Source of the DNA: Andalucia godoyi And28
Lineage: Eukaryota > Protista > Jakobida
DNA: 64,000 bases
Reading direction: 5' to 3'
Assembly: GCA_009859145.1 (NCBI GenBank)
Contig: VRVR01000029.1
Coordinates: forward strand, 1 to 64,000
Position 1 is the stretch's first letter, and each line of letters begins with the position of its first letter. This document shows positions 30,784-40,719 of this stretch, one piece after another. Below the pieces are notes generated by a model, which was not told the DNA's origin, searched no databases, and saw only the letters and a list, made by a program, of their open reading frames with translations. The position numbers and the translations under genes are program-made.

Positions 30784-33177
30784 ATGGCCAGGAAACGATC
30801 CTCTGTCCGCGAGCTCGCTGCTGCTGCTCAGACCATGTCGGTAACAGAGGACTCCGACTTTGAAGAATTGGATGCTGCATTCGGCGGCTCTGATGATTCC
30901 GCTGCTTCTGACTCGGAGAATGCTGTAGAAAAGCCACGAAAGCGAGAAGCGCCTCTGAGGCCTACGAGTAAGAAGTTTGCATCTGCATTTTCGTCATTTC
31001 AAGATGTTCTCTCAGATGACGACCAAGATGGGCAGGTGGGATACGACGGAGGCGACGGAGACGCACAAGGGAGAAAGATGGGTCGCCGTTCTGCAAATGC
31101 AGCAGTTCGAACAAGCGCGTTGTCCATGCGGGAGATTCTGGGAATGTTGCCAAAGGAAGCTGCGAAACAAGCAAAATCTCTTGCTTCTCGTGAAAATAAG
31201 GTTGCACTGCTGAAGCAGATGACGAGAGATTCAAGAACAGAGCGGAAGGTGGCGTACGAGGCCGCAAAGACCGAGATTGAAGCCTTTATTCCTCAAGTAA
31301 AGGAAATGCGGGAGACGCGAACGGTCCGTTTTGAAGGCCTGACGTCGCGACCGTCGGATTCACAAGCGACACTTGCGCAAATTGCTGTGGACATTAAGCA
31401 ACCAGATCTGGAAAAAATCCAGAAGAACAAGCAAAAGAAGAGCATTGAAGAACTGCTTTCCGTCGGGTCGTATATGGAGGAGACGATGAAGAGCAAGAAG
31501 AAGGGCGGCGAAAGTGTGCAGGACGATTCGACAGCGAGCGCGGCAGCCGGAGCGAACGACAACGCGCTCGGAGGGAATGATTTGGAGTCCAACATTGAAA
31601 CGCTGCTTGTTGCTGGAAAACTGAGAGCATACGAACACTTTATGCAGCAGAAGATGAAGCGGTGGGCGAAAATCAAGTCGAAGACTTTCAGAAAAGCCCT
31701 GAAGAAGAAGAAGAAGGAAAAGGGCGAAGGAAAGGACAACCAAGTGGATCAGAAAGGGAGCGGAAATTCTGCAGAGGAAGTTGCCAAGCTGGAGTACGAG
31801 CGTGCGAAAGAGCGAATGACATTGCGACACAAACAGTACATGATGAAGGGAAAGGGCAGAGTTGAGGCACTTGGTACTGGTGTAGAAGATTGGAAAAATG
31901 CGATTCAAGACTATGAAGATCAGCGAAGTGATGGATCTCCTGACGAGGCCGACGAGTCCGATGGGGCTGGTGCAGACGAGCCGGCGAGCGACGTCGATGC
32001 AGCATCAAAGAAATCCAGTTCCAAATCCAAGTCCATGGGCTTCGAAGACGTTCCGCAGCTCATTCGATCGAAAGCTTCGGTCGCGAAGCAAGGAAATTCT
32101 GCCATGTCGTTCGATGTGAATAATGGCAAAGCGACGCATCAAGGCAAAGTGCTTTTGATGGAGACCACTTCGAGGAAGAAGATTCCAAGCTCTGGAATTG
32201 ATGACAGTGACGATGCCTCGTCTGTTTCTGACGGCATCACGTCGGCGAAAGACTCTGATGGCGTTCAAGAGTCGTCAGATTCCGAGGGTGGCGAAGTGAA
32301 GAGGCAGACACCGAAGAGCCAGACCGGACCGGCTCAGAAGAGTGGTAGTGTTGCAAAAATTGTCGAGGATGTCGAAATGGAGGAGAACCCGTGGCTGTCC
32401 GTGTCAGCAGCGAACTCTCGCAGGCAACGGAAGGCTGTCGATCAGAAGAATGCGGAGACTGCGAAAGAATCGCGAAAGCGACCGAAGAAAGGTCTTCAGG
32501 TTGAACCCAATCTCGAACAAATGATGGATGAGGACGATGACATGGTCTCCAAGCGCGATTCCGAGCTGCACGCGCTGTTTGTGAATGCTTTTCATGAAGA
32601 CGTTGGCTCTCGATCTCAAATTGTCGTTGATGAGGACGGGATTGAAGAAGACTTCGCGAAGGACAAGGAGACGATGGTCAAACACGAAGAAGAAGAGAAG
32701 AAACGGCTGCTTGAAAAGGAAAAGGATCCACTCGCTGCTATTTTGGGCCCTGATGTATCGTCACTTCCCGGCTGGAATTCTTGGGCTGGAGGATCCGGTG
32801 ATCAGAGCTCGGAACCTGCCAAGAAGAAGCGCAAAATCAGTAATGGCACAGCCAAGGCTTCTGCAGCAATAACTGTGTCTGACATTCATGGAAAGAAGTC
32901 TGTTCCTCGCAAGGATTCCAAGATGAAGCACGTTTTCGTCTCCGAGCGCGTTGATCAGAAGCGCGTGAAGAAGTACACCGTTCCGGATCTTCCGTTCCCC
33001 TACGTCCATGGGTCTCAATACAAGCTCGACATGTCGATGCCTCTGGGTCCAGAATTCCACACTGCAACAATGTACAAATCACTGATGGAGCCGTCTGTGA
33101 AGACGAAGCCTGGCGTCGCCATTCAGCCCATGCGTGCTCCAAAAGCGAAGACCTCGTCGAGGGCCCCGTCGAAATAG
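30784..33177 (+). CDS. UTP14: U3 snoRNA-associated protein 14
   Basis: ERKVAYE, KMKRWAKIKSKTFRK, RAKERMTLRHK, LPGWNSWAG, RKDSKMKHV, LPFPY, PLGPEF, VKTKPGVAIQPM. Confidence 0.93.
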   Translation: MARKRSSVRELAAAAQTMSVTEDSDFEELDAAFGGSDDSAASDSENAVEKPRKREAPLRPTSKKFASAFSSFQDVLSDDDQDGQVGYDGGDGDAQGRKMGRRSANAAVRTSALSMREILGMLPKEAAKQAKSLASRENKVALLKQMTRDSRTERKVAYEAAKTEIEAFIPQVKEMRETRTVRFEGLTSRPSDSQATLAQIAVDIKQPDLEKIQKNKQKKSIEELLSVGSYMEETMKSKKKGGESVQDDSTASAAAGANDNALGGNDLESNIETLLVAGKLRAYEHFMQQKMKRWAKIKSKTFRKALKKKKKEKGEGKDNQVDQKGSGNSAEEVAKLEYERAKERMTLRHKQYMMKGKGRVEALGTGVEDWKNAIQDYEDQRSDGSPDEADESDGAGADEPASDVDAASKKSSSKSKSMGFEDVPQLIRSKASVAKQGNSAMSFDVNNGKATHQGKVLLMETTSRKKIPSSGIDDSDDASSVSDGITSAKDSDGVQESSDSEGGEVKRQTPKSQTGPAQKSGSVAKIVEDVEMEENPWLSVSAANSRRQRKAVDQKNAETAKESRKRPKKGLQVEPNLEQMMDEDDDMVSKRDSELHALFVNAFHEDVGSRSQIVVDEDGIEEDFAKDKETMVKHEEEEKKRLLEKEKDPLAAILGPDVSSLPGWNSWAGGSGDQSSEPAKKKRKISNGTAKASAAITVSDIHGKKSVPRKDSKMKHVFVSERVDQKRVKKYTVPDLPFPYVHGSQYKLDMSMPLGPEFHTATMYKSLMEPSVKTKPGVAIQPMRAPKAKTSSRAPSK

Positions 33178-33350
33178 CGCATCTTACCTCTCCCATGCTT
33201 TTCCACGCGGTCTGTATTTTGTAAAAGTTGACTATTGTGATGCTGCTAAGCGATCTCCTTGGGCGTTTCTTTCTTCTTTGTGCGTGCGAGTGTGTTCTGT
33301 GAAGTCACGTAATTGCTTTAATGTAAGGAAAATACTGGAAGTTGTCCCAT

Positions 33351-34223
33351 CTAATAGTCGTCGTCGTCGGAGTTCGTAGCCTTTCGTGCTGTGCTTGACC
33401 GAGAGTACAGTATCTTCTTCTGGCGCGCCTGCTCAGCCTTCTCCTCGGCCAAACTCTCGCGGTCGACATGAACCGTGATGACTCCCGACTCGCCCAATCT
33501 TGCTTCAAGCATTTCTGTGGAAAACTCGACTGTGCCGCCAAGATCCTCGCACCCGACAACTCGGTCAATCGCAACTCCCTTGTGGAAGATGATGATCGTC
33601 GGAAGCACTCGAATCGCGAGTTTGGGGACGAAAAACTGGGCCTTCTCTGCATTAATCTTGATGATCTTGAATTCCAGATGCTTCTTTGCGATTTCCTTCA
33701 AATGATGGTCGAACACCTTGCATGACTCGAAATCGGCGTGATAAAACATGCATGCAACCACATCGGAACTTGTGACCTCGGTCAGGAAATCAGGCTCGTC
33801 GATCTCCCGATACTCGCCATGCCCTTTAATCTTATGTTCCTGCATCTTTTGGTGCTGCTTCTTCAGTTCGGCAATTCTCTTTCTTCGGAACGTCTCGGCA
33901 TCATCAAATCCGTCCTCGTCCTCGTCCTCGTTCTCGTCCTTCTTGCTTGATTCTCCATTCTCGTTTCCCTCTTCGTCATTCGCATTGTCTGTACTCGAAA
34001 CATGCGCACTAGTGGGCTCATCCCCCTTCTCCCCATCCTCGTCTTCATCTTCATCATTCTCGGGACCCCGGGATCCGTACTTGCTCAAAATAGCAGGACC
34101 GCCACTCGACTTCTGCATCTGCTTCTTCCGCTCCGCTTGCTTCTCGCGGCGCTTTCGATCCGCCAAAATGCGCTCTCGAAGCGCAAGATCTTCGGCGTCC
34201 AAGTGCGACAAGTCTGGCTCCAT
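33351..34223 (-). CDS. TXNDC9: Phosducin-like protein 3 / TXNDC9 (Plp1)
   Basis: GHGEYREI, CKVFDHHL, KINAEKAQFFVPKLAIRVLP, DRVVGCEDLGG, FSTEMLEARL. Confidence 0.9.
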   Translation of the reverse strand: MEPDLSHLDAEDLALRERILADRKRREKQAERKKQMQKSSGGPAILSKYGSRGPENDEDEDEDGEKGDEPTSAHVSSTDNANDEEGNENGESSKKDENEDEDEDGFDDAETFRRKRIAELKKQHQKMQEHKIKGHGEYREIDEPDFLTEVTSSDVVACMFYHADFESCKVFDHHLKEIAKKHLEFKIIKINAEKAQFFVPKLAIRVLPTIIIFHKGVAIDRVVGCEDLGGTVEFSTEMLEARLGESGVITVHVDRESLAEEKAEQARQKKILYSRSSTARKATNSDDDDY

Positions 34224-34543
34224 CCTTTGGTAATTATCTTTTTAAACCCCCCTATTGTAGTAGGAAAAAAAAGGTAAATCAAATTTAAAACAACAAAAAT
34301 AAGCATACACACATATATCTATTAATTAATTAAATAACAAAAAACCGCATGAATCACGCTCAGTCGGAAAAGCTTTGGGAAACGACTGAGCGCCAAACGT
34401 CGTTATGAAAAGAATCACATGATGCAAGGATTTATTTTTTTCAGCCGCACTTGCGTCGGGATTCGGGATTCCTTTGAAGGGATTTGGAGACCCCAGTTTT
34501 TTTTTTTTTTTTTGGAGAATTGAAATGCATCTGCAGCCCAATC

Positions 34544-35431
34544 ATGAAGATCGGCTGTGTGCAGTTTGACGCGAGACTGGGAGACGTCGACGCCAACATT
34601 CGTCGAGTCGAAGAGTTGCTGCAGCGACGGAACATCACGAGTGGGACTGGACTGACGGTGCTACTGTTCCCCGAGCTGAGTCTCTCTGGCTACTGCTTCT
34701 CTTCAAAGTCCGAGATCCTTCCGTTCGCAGAGCACGTGGATAAGCCTGGAAAATGCCTGACATATGCATCGGATCTTGCAAAGCGAGTAGGAGCGTTTGT
34801 TGCGATGGGGTTTGTGGAAATCGCCGACAACAGCCAGAAGAACAACGGTCGTCGTTGTGATGACGCCACGTCGGAGAGCATGGATGCTGAACTGTACAAC
34901 TCAATGGTGCTGGTGGACAAGAGCGGCAAGATCGTGTACACCTACAGGAAAAGTTTCTTGTATGAGACGGACGAGTCTTGGGCGCTGGAAGGAGGCGGCT
35001 TCAAAGAAGCATATGTTGATGGATTGCGGACAACGCTGAGTGTTGCCATTTGCATGGACATCAATCCGTACCAGTTCAAAGCGCCCTTTGATGCGTTCGA
35101 GTATGCAAACTCCCTTTCGGCGGATGTGCGGCTCGTCTTGTTCTGCACGAATTGGATTTTATCGGCACCAAATCTGCCCAAGACTCCCGAGGAAATCTGC
35201 GACCCCGAAAAGAATGCAGCGCATCTGATCCAGTACCTGGCGCTCCGAATGAAACCAGTCTTGGGTCATCCAGTTGTGTTCTGCGCAGCCAATCGCGTTG
35301 GAACAGAGCGCGGAACTCGGTTTGCGGGTGCGTCCTGCATCATAGATCTCAAAAGACGCACGATCCTCGGTCACTTGGACTCCGATGCCGAGGATGTCTT
35401 GATTGTCGATGACGTTCCATTGTATCCTTAG
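34544..35431 (+). CDS. NTA1: Protein N-terminal amidase (nitrilase family, fungal Nta1 type)
   Basis: LFPELSLSGY, YRKSFLYETDESWA, ICMDINPYQFKAPFDAFEYAN. E-K-C catalytic triad motifs present. Confidence 0.88.
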   Translation: MKIGCVQFDARLGDVDANIRRVEELLQRRNITSGTGLTVLLFPELSLSGYCFSSKSEILPFAEHVDKPGKCLTYASDLAKRVGAFVAMGFVEIADNSQKNNGRRCDDATSESMDAELYNSMVLVDKSGKIVYTYRKSFLYETDESWALEGGGFKEAYVDGLRTTLSVAICMDINPYQFKAPFDAFEYANSLSADVRLVLFCTNWILSAPNLPKTPEEICDPEKNAAHLIQYLALRMKPVLGHPVVFCAANRVGTERGTRFAGASCIIDLKRRTILGHLDSDAEDVLIVDDVPLYP

Positions 35432-35854
35432 CTTTAACGTATGTATTACCGATATCTGTTGCGCTCCCACTCCCGCTTGTCACTACGAGTTCGAGATACA
35501 CATGCGCAGTTGCTGCAGCAAGGTTCTGTACCTACAACAACGTAGTCAGTTAGATGGACAGATATGGATGCATGGTCGTCAAGTAATCAACCTTGTGACT
35601 GCAGCCGGAAACAGCCGCGAATTAGGAATGATACAGTACCATGGAGACAATCATGGAGACAATGAGCGATTTCCAGCCGCGTATCTGTTGTAATTTTAAA
35701 AAAAATTAAAAAACACCCTTCTCTGCCTTCGCCAAGTTCTGAGTATTCAGCTGAGCTTTGACCGCACACGACACGACAGTGGGTTGTGGCGCACTCCGAG
35801 CATCTTTCGGGGGCGTGACAGAACGGATCGATTCGAAGGGAGTCCGGTACACGA

Positions 35855-37006
35855 ATGTTTCCGAATGGGTTCTCTGCGGCACACTATGCGTCGAATCGCT
35901 TTCTTCTGGATCCACAAGATCCAGAAGGATTCTTCTTTGCCAACTTCGGCACGGTGTTCCATTCGCGATATTCGGATCCACGGAAGACGCAGCAGCGACC
36001 GCAAGACCCCGTTTCGGTTTCGTACTCGTCTTCAAAAGCAGAAATCCAAAACCTGTGTATCGATGCAAAACACAACCGACTTGCATCGATTGATGAGAAA
36101 GGTTGCGTCCAACTGTACTCGATCGCCTCGGCTTCGCAGAGCCACTGCGGGCCGGACGCTGCAAAGCGGTTCCGGTCGGATCCACTGGTGGCACAGTTTC
36201 TCCCAGTGTCCACAGCCTCCAAATCCAGTTCATACGCAACAGTATTCCTGAATGACGAGTGCATTGTGTCTAGCCACGCACTTTCTCGTGCGATCAACAT
36301 CCAGTCTGCGGCAACCGGCCAGATTATCGTCTCCTATCCTTGTGCTGCATTTGTTTCTGCAGTGGCGATCCAAAACGGCACGGAGTCTTTGTTTGCGCTG
36401 GAAGAAGGCCAGCTTGTGCAGCTGGATTCTCGAACAGGTCTTGTTGTGAACAGACTCAACGTCTCGCGGAGTCGATGCTATGCTCTTGCTGTGAACAGAA
36501 GCAGGAGTTCGGGTGCAGCGGGAGAAGAATCTTCTTCTCCAGTCATCGCAGTTGGTTCGTGCGACAAGACGGTCCACATCGTCGATCCCCGATTGTGGAG
36601 GGTCTCGTACACGTCGCCAAATGTGATAAAGTATGAAATCAAAGCCGTCAGGCTCTGTGGAGACGCCGAGGTTGTGGTGTGCGGCGTCGACTCTGAAATT
36701 GCCGTCAGGCCGTATCTCACAGAGCCCGACAGCAACAGTAGCAGTGGTAGAGTTAGTGCTAATACGGATAGCAGACGTGCAAACAGTGCTGCGTTCGCAC
36801 CGTTTGCAAACCGACTCGAATCCGACCATCTGCATATCCACGGTTCTTGGATCGGTGTTGACTGTGCGCCTTCCGCTTCTGATGGCTCCAGCTGGGTTGT
36901 AGGCGGCATGTCGGATGCTGGAAATGTGATGAAGGTGGATCGGTCCGAGCTGTTCAGAAGAGAACTGGCACGATCTTCTGCATCCGCCAGCCGAGCAGAT
37001 GCGTAA
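35855..37006 (+). CDS. WD40-like beta-propeller protein
   Basis: RLASIDEKGCVQLYSI and IAVGSCDKTVHIVDPR repeats. Confidence 0.6.
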   Translation: MFPNGFSAAHYASNRFLLDPQDPEGFFFANFGTVFHSRYSDPRKTQQRPQDPVSVSYSSSKAEIQNLCIDAKHNRLASIDEKGCVQLYSIASASQSHCGPDAAKRFRSDPLVAQFLPVSTASKSSSYATVFLNDECIVSSHALSRAINIQSAATGQIIVSYPCAAFVSAVAIQNGTESLFALEEGQLVQLDSRTGLVVNRLNVSRSRCYALAVNRSRSSGAAGEESSSPVIAVGSCDKTVHIVDPRLWRVSYTSPNVIKYEIKAVRLCGDAEVVVCGVDSEIAVRPYLTEPDSNSSSGRVSANTDSRRANSAAFAPFANRLESDHLHIHGSWIGVDCAPSASDGSSWVVGGMSDAGNVMKVDRSELFRRELARSSASASRADA

Positions 37007-37779
37007 ATCTGCGTTTCAGCAAGCACCGCCATCACCCGGTCGCTGTCCTATCGACATAGGCGAACCGCATCTCGTTTTTCCGAATATCCCAACTTGTTCT
37101 CGTTGTGGCCCACATTGTTTTTTATTATCCCCGTTACTTTAGCTATTCATTCAGTTCATTCACTCCAGTCCACCATCCTTCGTCTTTCTTATTCGCCCAA
37201 CAAAAATAACCGCTCCTGAATTCACACGCGGTTCCGATGCAAGGCTGCATATGGATGGTCAGCAATGATTCGCCATGCTTCGTGTGCAACGTAGGTACTC
37301 GAAAATCCAACGGACAAACATAATCTGAAAGATTCAAGTTTGACATCGCAAAAACGCCCGCATTGTACGCGAATCATGTAAGAGCCAGTGCTAATCAACG
37401 ATCATCAGTCTTGCACCCCAACACGCCACCCACGTCAGCATGGACAACGTTCTTCCAGATGAATATTGAAGAAAGATGTCAGAGTCAGCGCAGACGAGAT
37501 GGATAGGACCGGCGGCACCCGCCGTGTCGCACGCTTGAGGGTGGTGATGTCGGAATGTGTCTTGCAAACGGGCTGCACGCCCAAGGAACGTTCCGAGCGA
37601 TTGGAGGACAAAAAGGGCATAGAAACGGCGTCGTGAGAACGAAAACGAACACGGGAGCGTGAGAGATTCGCTATCGGTGTTTACTGATGACACGTGATGC
37701 ACCTCCAGTTGTTGCACATCATACTGACCACTGCTATTCAGCGATGACCACTGACTGTCATGCGGCATGGGTTTTTTTG

Positions 37780-38298
37780 TGTTTTTCTTTTTTTTTCTTT
37801 TTTTGCTTCTTTATTGGGGGTGAGCACCGACTCTTCCCTGCAGATTGCTCGACATCACAGGGTCGTCGCAGCCAACATACTCCCCCCCAATCGATTCAAC
37901 ATTCAACGTTGGAGGAAGTAGAATGTGGTCGGCGGCGCTGCACATTGCTGCTCCTTCTTGCTCTCTGACGTGAAAGCGCATTCCGAACGCAAACTGACCG
38001 CATCTCCGTGATTTGATGGTCATCCGCTAGCTCAGCAAGAAACAGAAAACAATAGAAGGGGAGGGGGAAAAAAGTGCGAAGAAATGATACGCAAAAACAC
38101 TGCCACGCGCCATGCGCATGCGTTTCCTATCTTAACAACTTCGTCACACGATGCCCGATTCGTTTCGCCCCATTTTGATCATGAAATCCCTATATAAACA
38201 CGCCGCCGCGTTGCATTATGCATGTTGTTGGGTTGCAGCATTGATTATGGGTGATCAGCGATGATTGTCTGTAGTTGGTATACAGCGTAGGCTTACTG
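37780..38298 (-). mobile_element. Dispersed non-coding repeat, copy 2 (inverted, ends at the A-rich tract)
   Basis: Reverse complement of 10572-~11085. Only one 1-nt indel and one substitution were noticed outside the A-rich tract. Confidence 0.8.
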
Positions 38299-38390
38299 TG
38301 TTCCTTTATTATTTTGTTTTTGTTTTGCTTTTCTTAAATGCAAGGCGCAGGAGACAGATACGGGTGTTGATGGATGAGTGATCGCCGCCA

Positions 38391-39347
38391 ATGACAAAGA
38401 GCGATGTGCGGCTGTCGTTGGCATCTTCGGCGTCTGCAGGCTTGCTTGTCCGCTTTCTGACGTATCCGTTCGACACTATCAAGGCACGGCTGCAAATAGA
38501 CCGCCCGTGGATTCCCCAGCCTGCAAGCAGCAAAAATGTGCGAACGATCGCCGTGAATCTTCGATCGCTGTTTCGAGGATTGCTGGTGGCAATCGTTGGA
38601 TCTGTTCCTGCTTTCACGCTGTACTTGTCCAGTTACGAAATGCTCAAGCAGTCGCTTGAACAGTCTCCGTTTTCGCACTCGGTTGCATGCTCGCCTTTCG
38701 TGTTGAACATGATCGCTGGACTGGGAGCGGAATCCATCTCCACGTTATTGTGGGTGCCTCTGGATGTGGTACGGCAGCATCAGCAGATAGCTCTTCCCAT
38801 CGCCTATCCACACACACACTCCAATCTGTCACACGTCCTGCACAGCGTGTATCACGGGCCGCACGGTACCCAGCCATCCGTTATGAATTTTTACAGCGGC
38901 GTGGACGCAACTCTGCATTCGTTCGACCCGTACTCTGCAGTCTATTTCGGTGTCTATGATTTGCTGAAAACAAATCTGCTTTCTTGGTCCATGCAGCGAC
39001 ACAATGCGGATGGAGATCGCAGCACGAGCTTCGCCGAGCATATGGAGACTGCGCCGGTGTTTTTTGCCAGCGGTGCGATTGCCGCATGTGTGACAAACCC
39101 TCTCGATCTAGTGAAGCTGCGTTTGCAAATGGGCGTCGTAAAATCGGTCCATCAGGGGTTTGTCACAGTGATTCAGGACCACGGTGTCAAGGGGCTTTGG
39201 AAAGGCTGTGCTGCGCGAGTAGCACAGGCGTCGCCCTCTGCAGCCATTTCCATTGTATTCTATGAGCAGTTCAAATTGCTGTATCGCTGCCTTTTTTTTT
39301 TTTTTGAATGCGCCCCCGTAAGTCGCGACAAGTCGCAGAACGGATGA
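38391..39347 (+). CDS. Mitochondrial carrier family (SLC25) protein
   Basis: Three repeats: PFDTIKARLQ, PLDVVRQHQQ (degenerate), PLDLVKLRLQ. Also LFRG and GLWKG. Confidence 0.85.
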   Translation: MTKSDVRLSLASSASAGLLVRFLTYPFDTIKARLQIDRPWIPQPASSKNVRTIAVNLRSLFRGLLVAIVGSVPAFTLYLSSYEMLKQSLEQSPFSHSVACSPFVLNMIAGLGAESISTLLWVPLDVVRQHQQIALPIAYPHTHSNLSHVLHSVYHGPHGTQPSVMNFYSGVDATLHSFDPYSAVYFGVYDLLKTNLLSWSMQRHNADGDRSTSFAEHMETAPVFFASGAIAACVTNPLDLVKLRLQMGVVKSVHQGFVTVIQDHGVKGLWKGCAARVAQASPSAAISIVFYEQFKLLYRCLFFFFECAPVSRDKSQNG

Positions 39348-39529
39348 ACGCAGCACATGCTGGCTTCTATGCCCAGGCCAAAAAAAAAGCAAGCATCGGT
39401 GCGAACGCTGCGAAACGCAAAAGGAAATGAGCAGCAAAACGACATGGATCATGGCGGCGTCGCATTTCCGTCCCACTGTGCTCTTTTTTCTTCTTCTTTT
39501 TTCAGGCTGCACACTATGAATGAATCGAC

Positions 39530-40252
39530 TCACGCCTCTGCATCGGTGCCCCTTACCGGGAATGCCGGTGATGAATCTTCAAACGGGCTGGATATTTCGG
39601 CAGAAATGAACGGAGACCCCGAGTGCGACAGGTGCCCTGAAGGCGAGCTGCCAAGATGCGCTGCCTTTTTTAACATACTCGACGTGGATGCAGAAATCGC
39701 CCTGATTCCTCTCTTGGCCATTTCCACTGCTGTCCACTTCTTGTCTCTCATGCTGCGAATAAAGAGATTTCGGGCTCTCCTCCAGGCCTCGATACGTGGC
39801 ATCAAGATTGCGTATGCAGCAGCGAATATAGCAGACAACACAAGCAGAAGACTAGTCATAGACAGCAACGACACAGATACAATCGCCGACGCATTGCTTG
39901 CAAAGCTGCATGCTGCCACAGAATTTTGACACTGCTCGAGATCACGAACTGCAAATGCCAAGTACACAATAACCAGTACCGCAAGGACCAACTGCGAAAC
40001 TGCAAAGAAAACAACAACAGGGCGACTGGACCAATACAGTCCAGCAAACCCAAGCGCCGGAAGCACTAAAAGGCCAACGTTTCCAAGGACCCGGGTCATC
40101 GTCGAAGCTTGCGTAAACGTGCTGAACAGCACCAAAGAGTGCAAAAGCAGAACTGTGCACAGGATCACATATCCAATATAAAGGTTTTCCAGAGACGAAT
40201 TCGAAACTCGGTCGAGCCGATGCTTCAGCATCCTAGAAGCCCGTGCAATCAT
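39530..40252 (-). CDS. Unknown 4-TM membrane protein
   Basis: Four hydrophobic segments, a Cys pair in the second loop, Ser-rich tail. Confidence 0.65.
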   Translation of the reverse strand: MIARASRMLKHRLDRVSNSSLENLYIGYVILCTVLLLHSLVLFSTFTQASTMTRVLGNVGLLVLPALGFAGLYWSSRPVVVFFAVSQLVLAVLVIVYLAFAVRDLEQCQNSVAACSFASNASAIVSVSLLSMTSLLLVLSAIFAAAYAILMPRIEAWRRARNLFIRSMRDKKWTAVEMAKRGIRAISASTSSMLKKAAHLGSSPSGHLSHSGSPFISAEISSPFEDSSPAFPVRGTDAEA

Positions 40253-40719
40253 CTTGCCGCCCGTCGCGCTGCTCCCTCCCTCTTCTCCAAGCGCGTCCTT
40301 CGCGATGCTTTTTTACTCTATGAATCCGGAAATGAATGATGAAGGAAGGAAAGAAAGAAAGTCAAAGGAAGAATGGAAGAAATGCGATGGACTGGTTAAA
40401 TAGAGGACGGGTGATTTCTTCTTGCTAATTTTCTCTTCTTTCACTGCGCCATTTGAGTCGTGTTGCGCACAATCGAGAGTCGGGAATACCTCCATTCAAC
40501 AACATCAACCTCGTCACGAAAGTTTTCCCCGACTGCCGCCGAGCTCCCGACAGCTCGTGCCTGTCTGTGAGTTGTCTTTCAATTTAATTTAAGTATTTAA
40601 TTGTTTTTTATTTTTTATTTTTTATTTTGATGATTGCGGGGCTTTTGTGGATAACAACAACGGGGGAAACTGCGTGAGATACTCGTAGCCGAAAAGCATC
40701 AATAACAGGTCGGGCGAGG

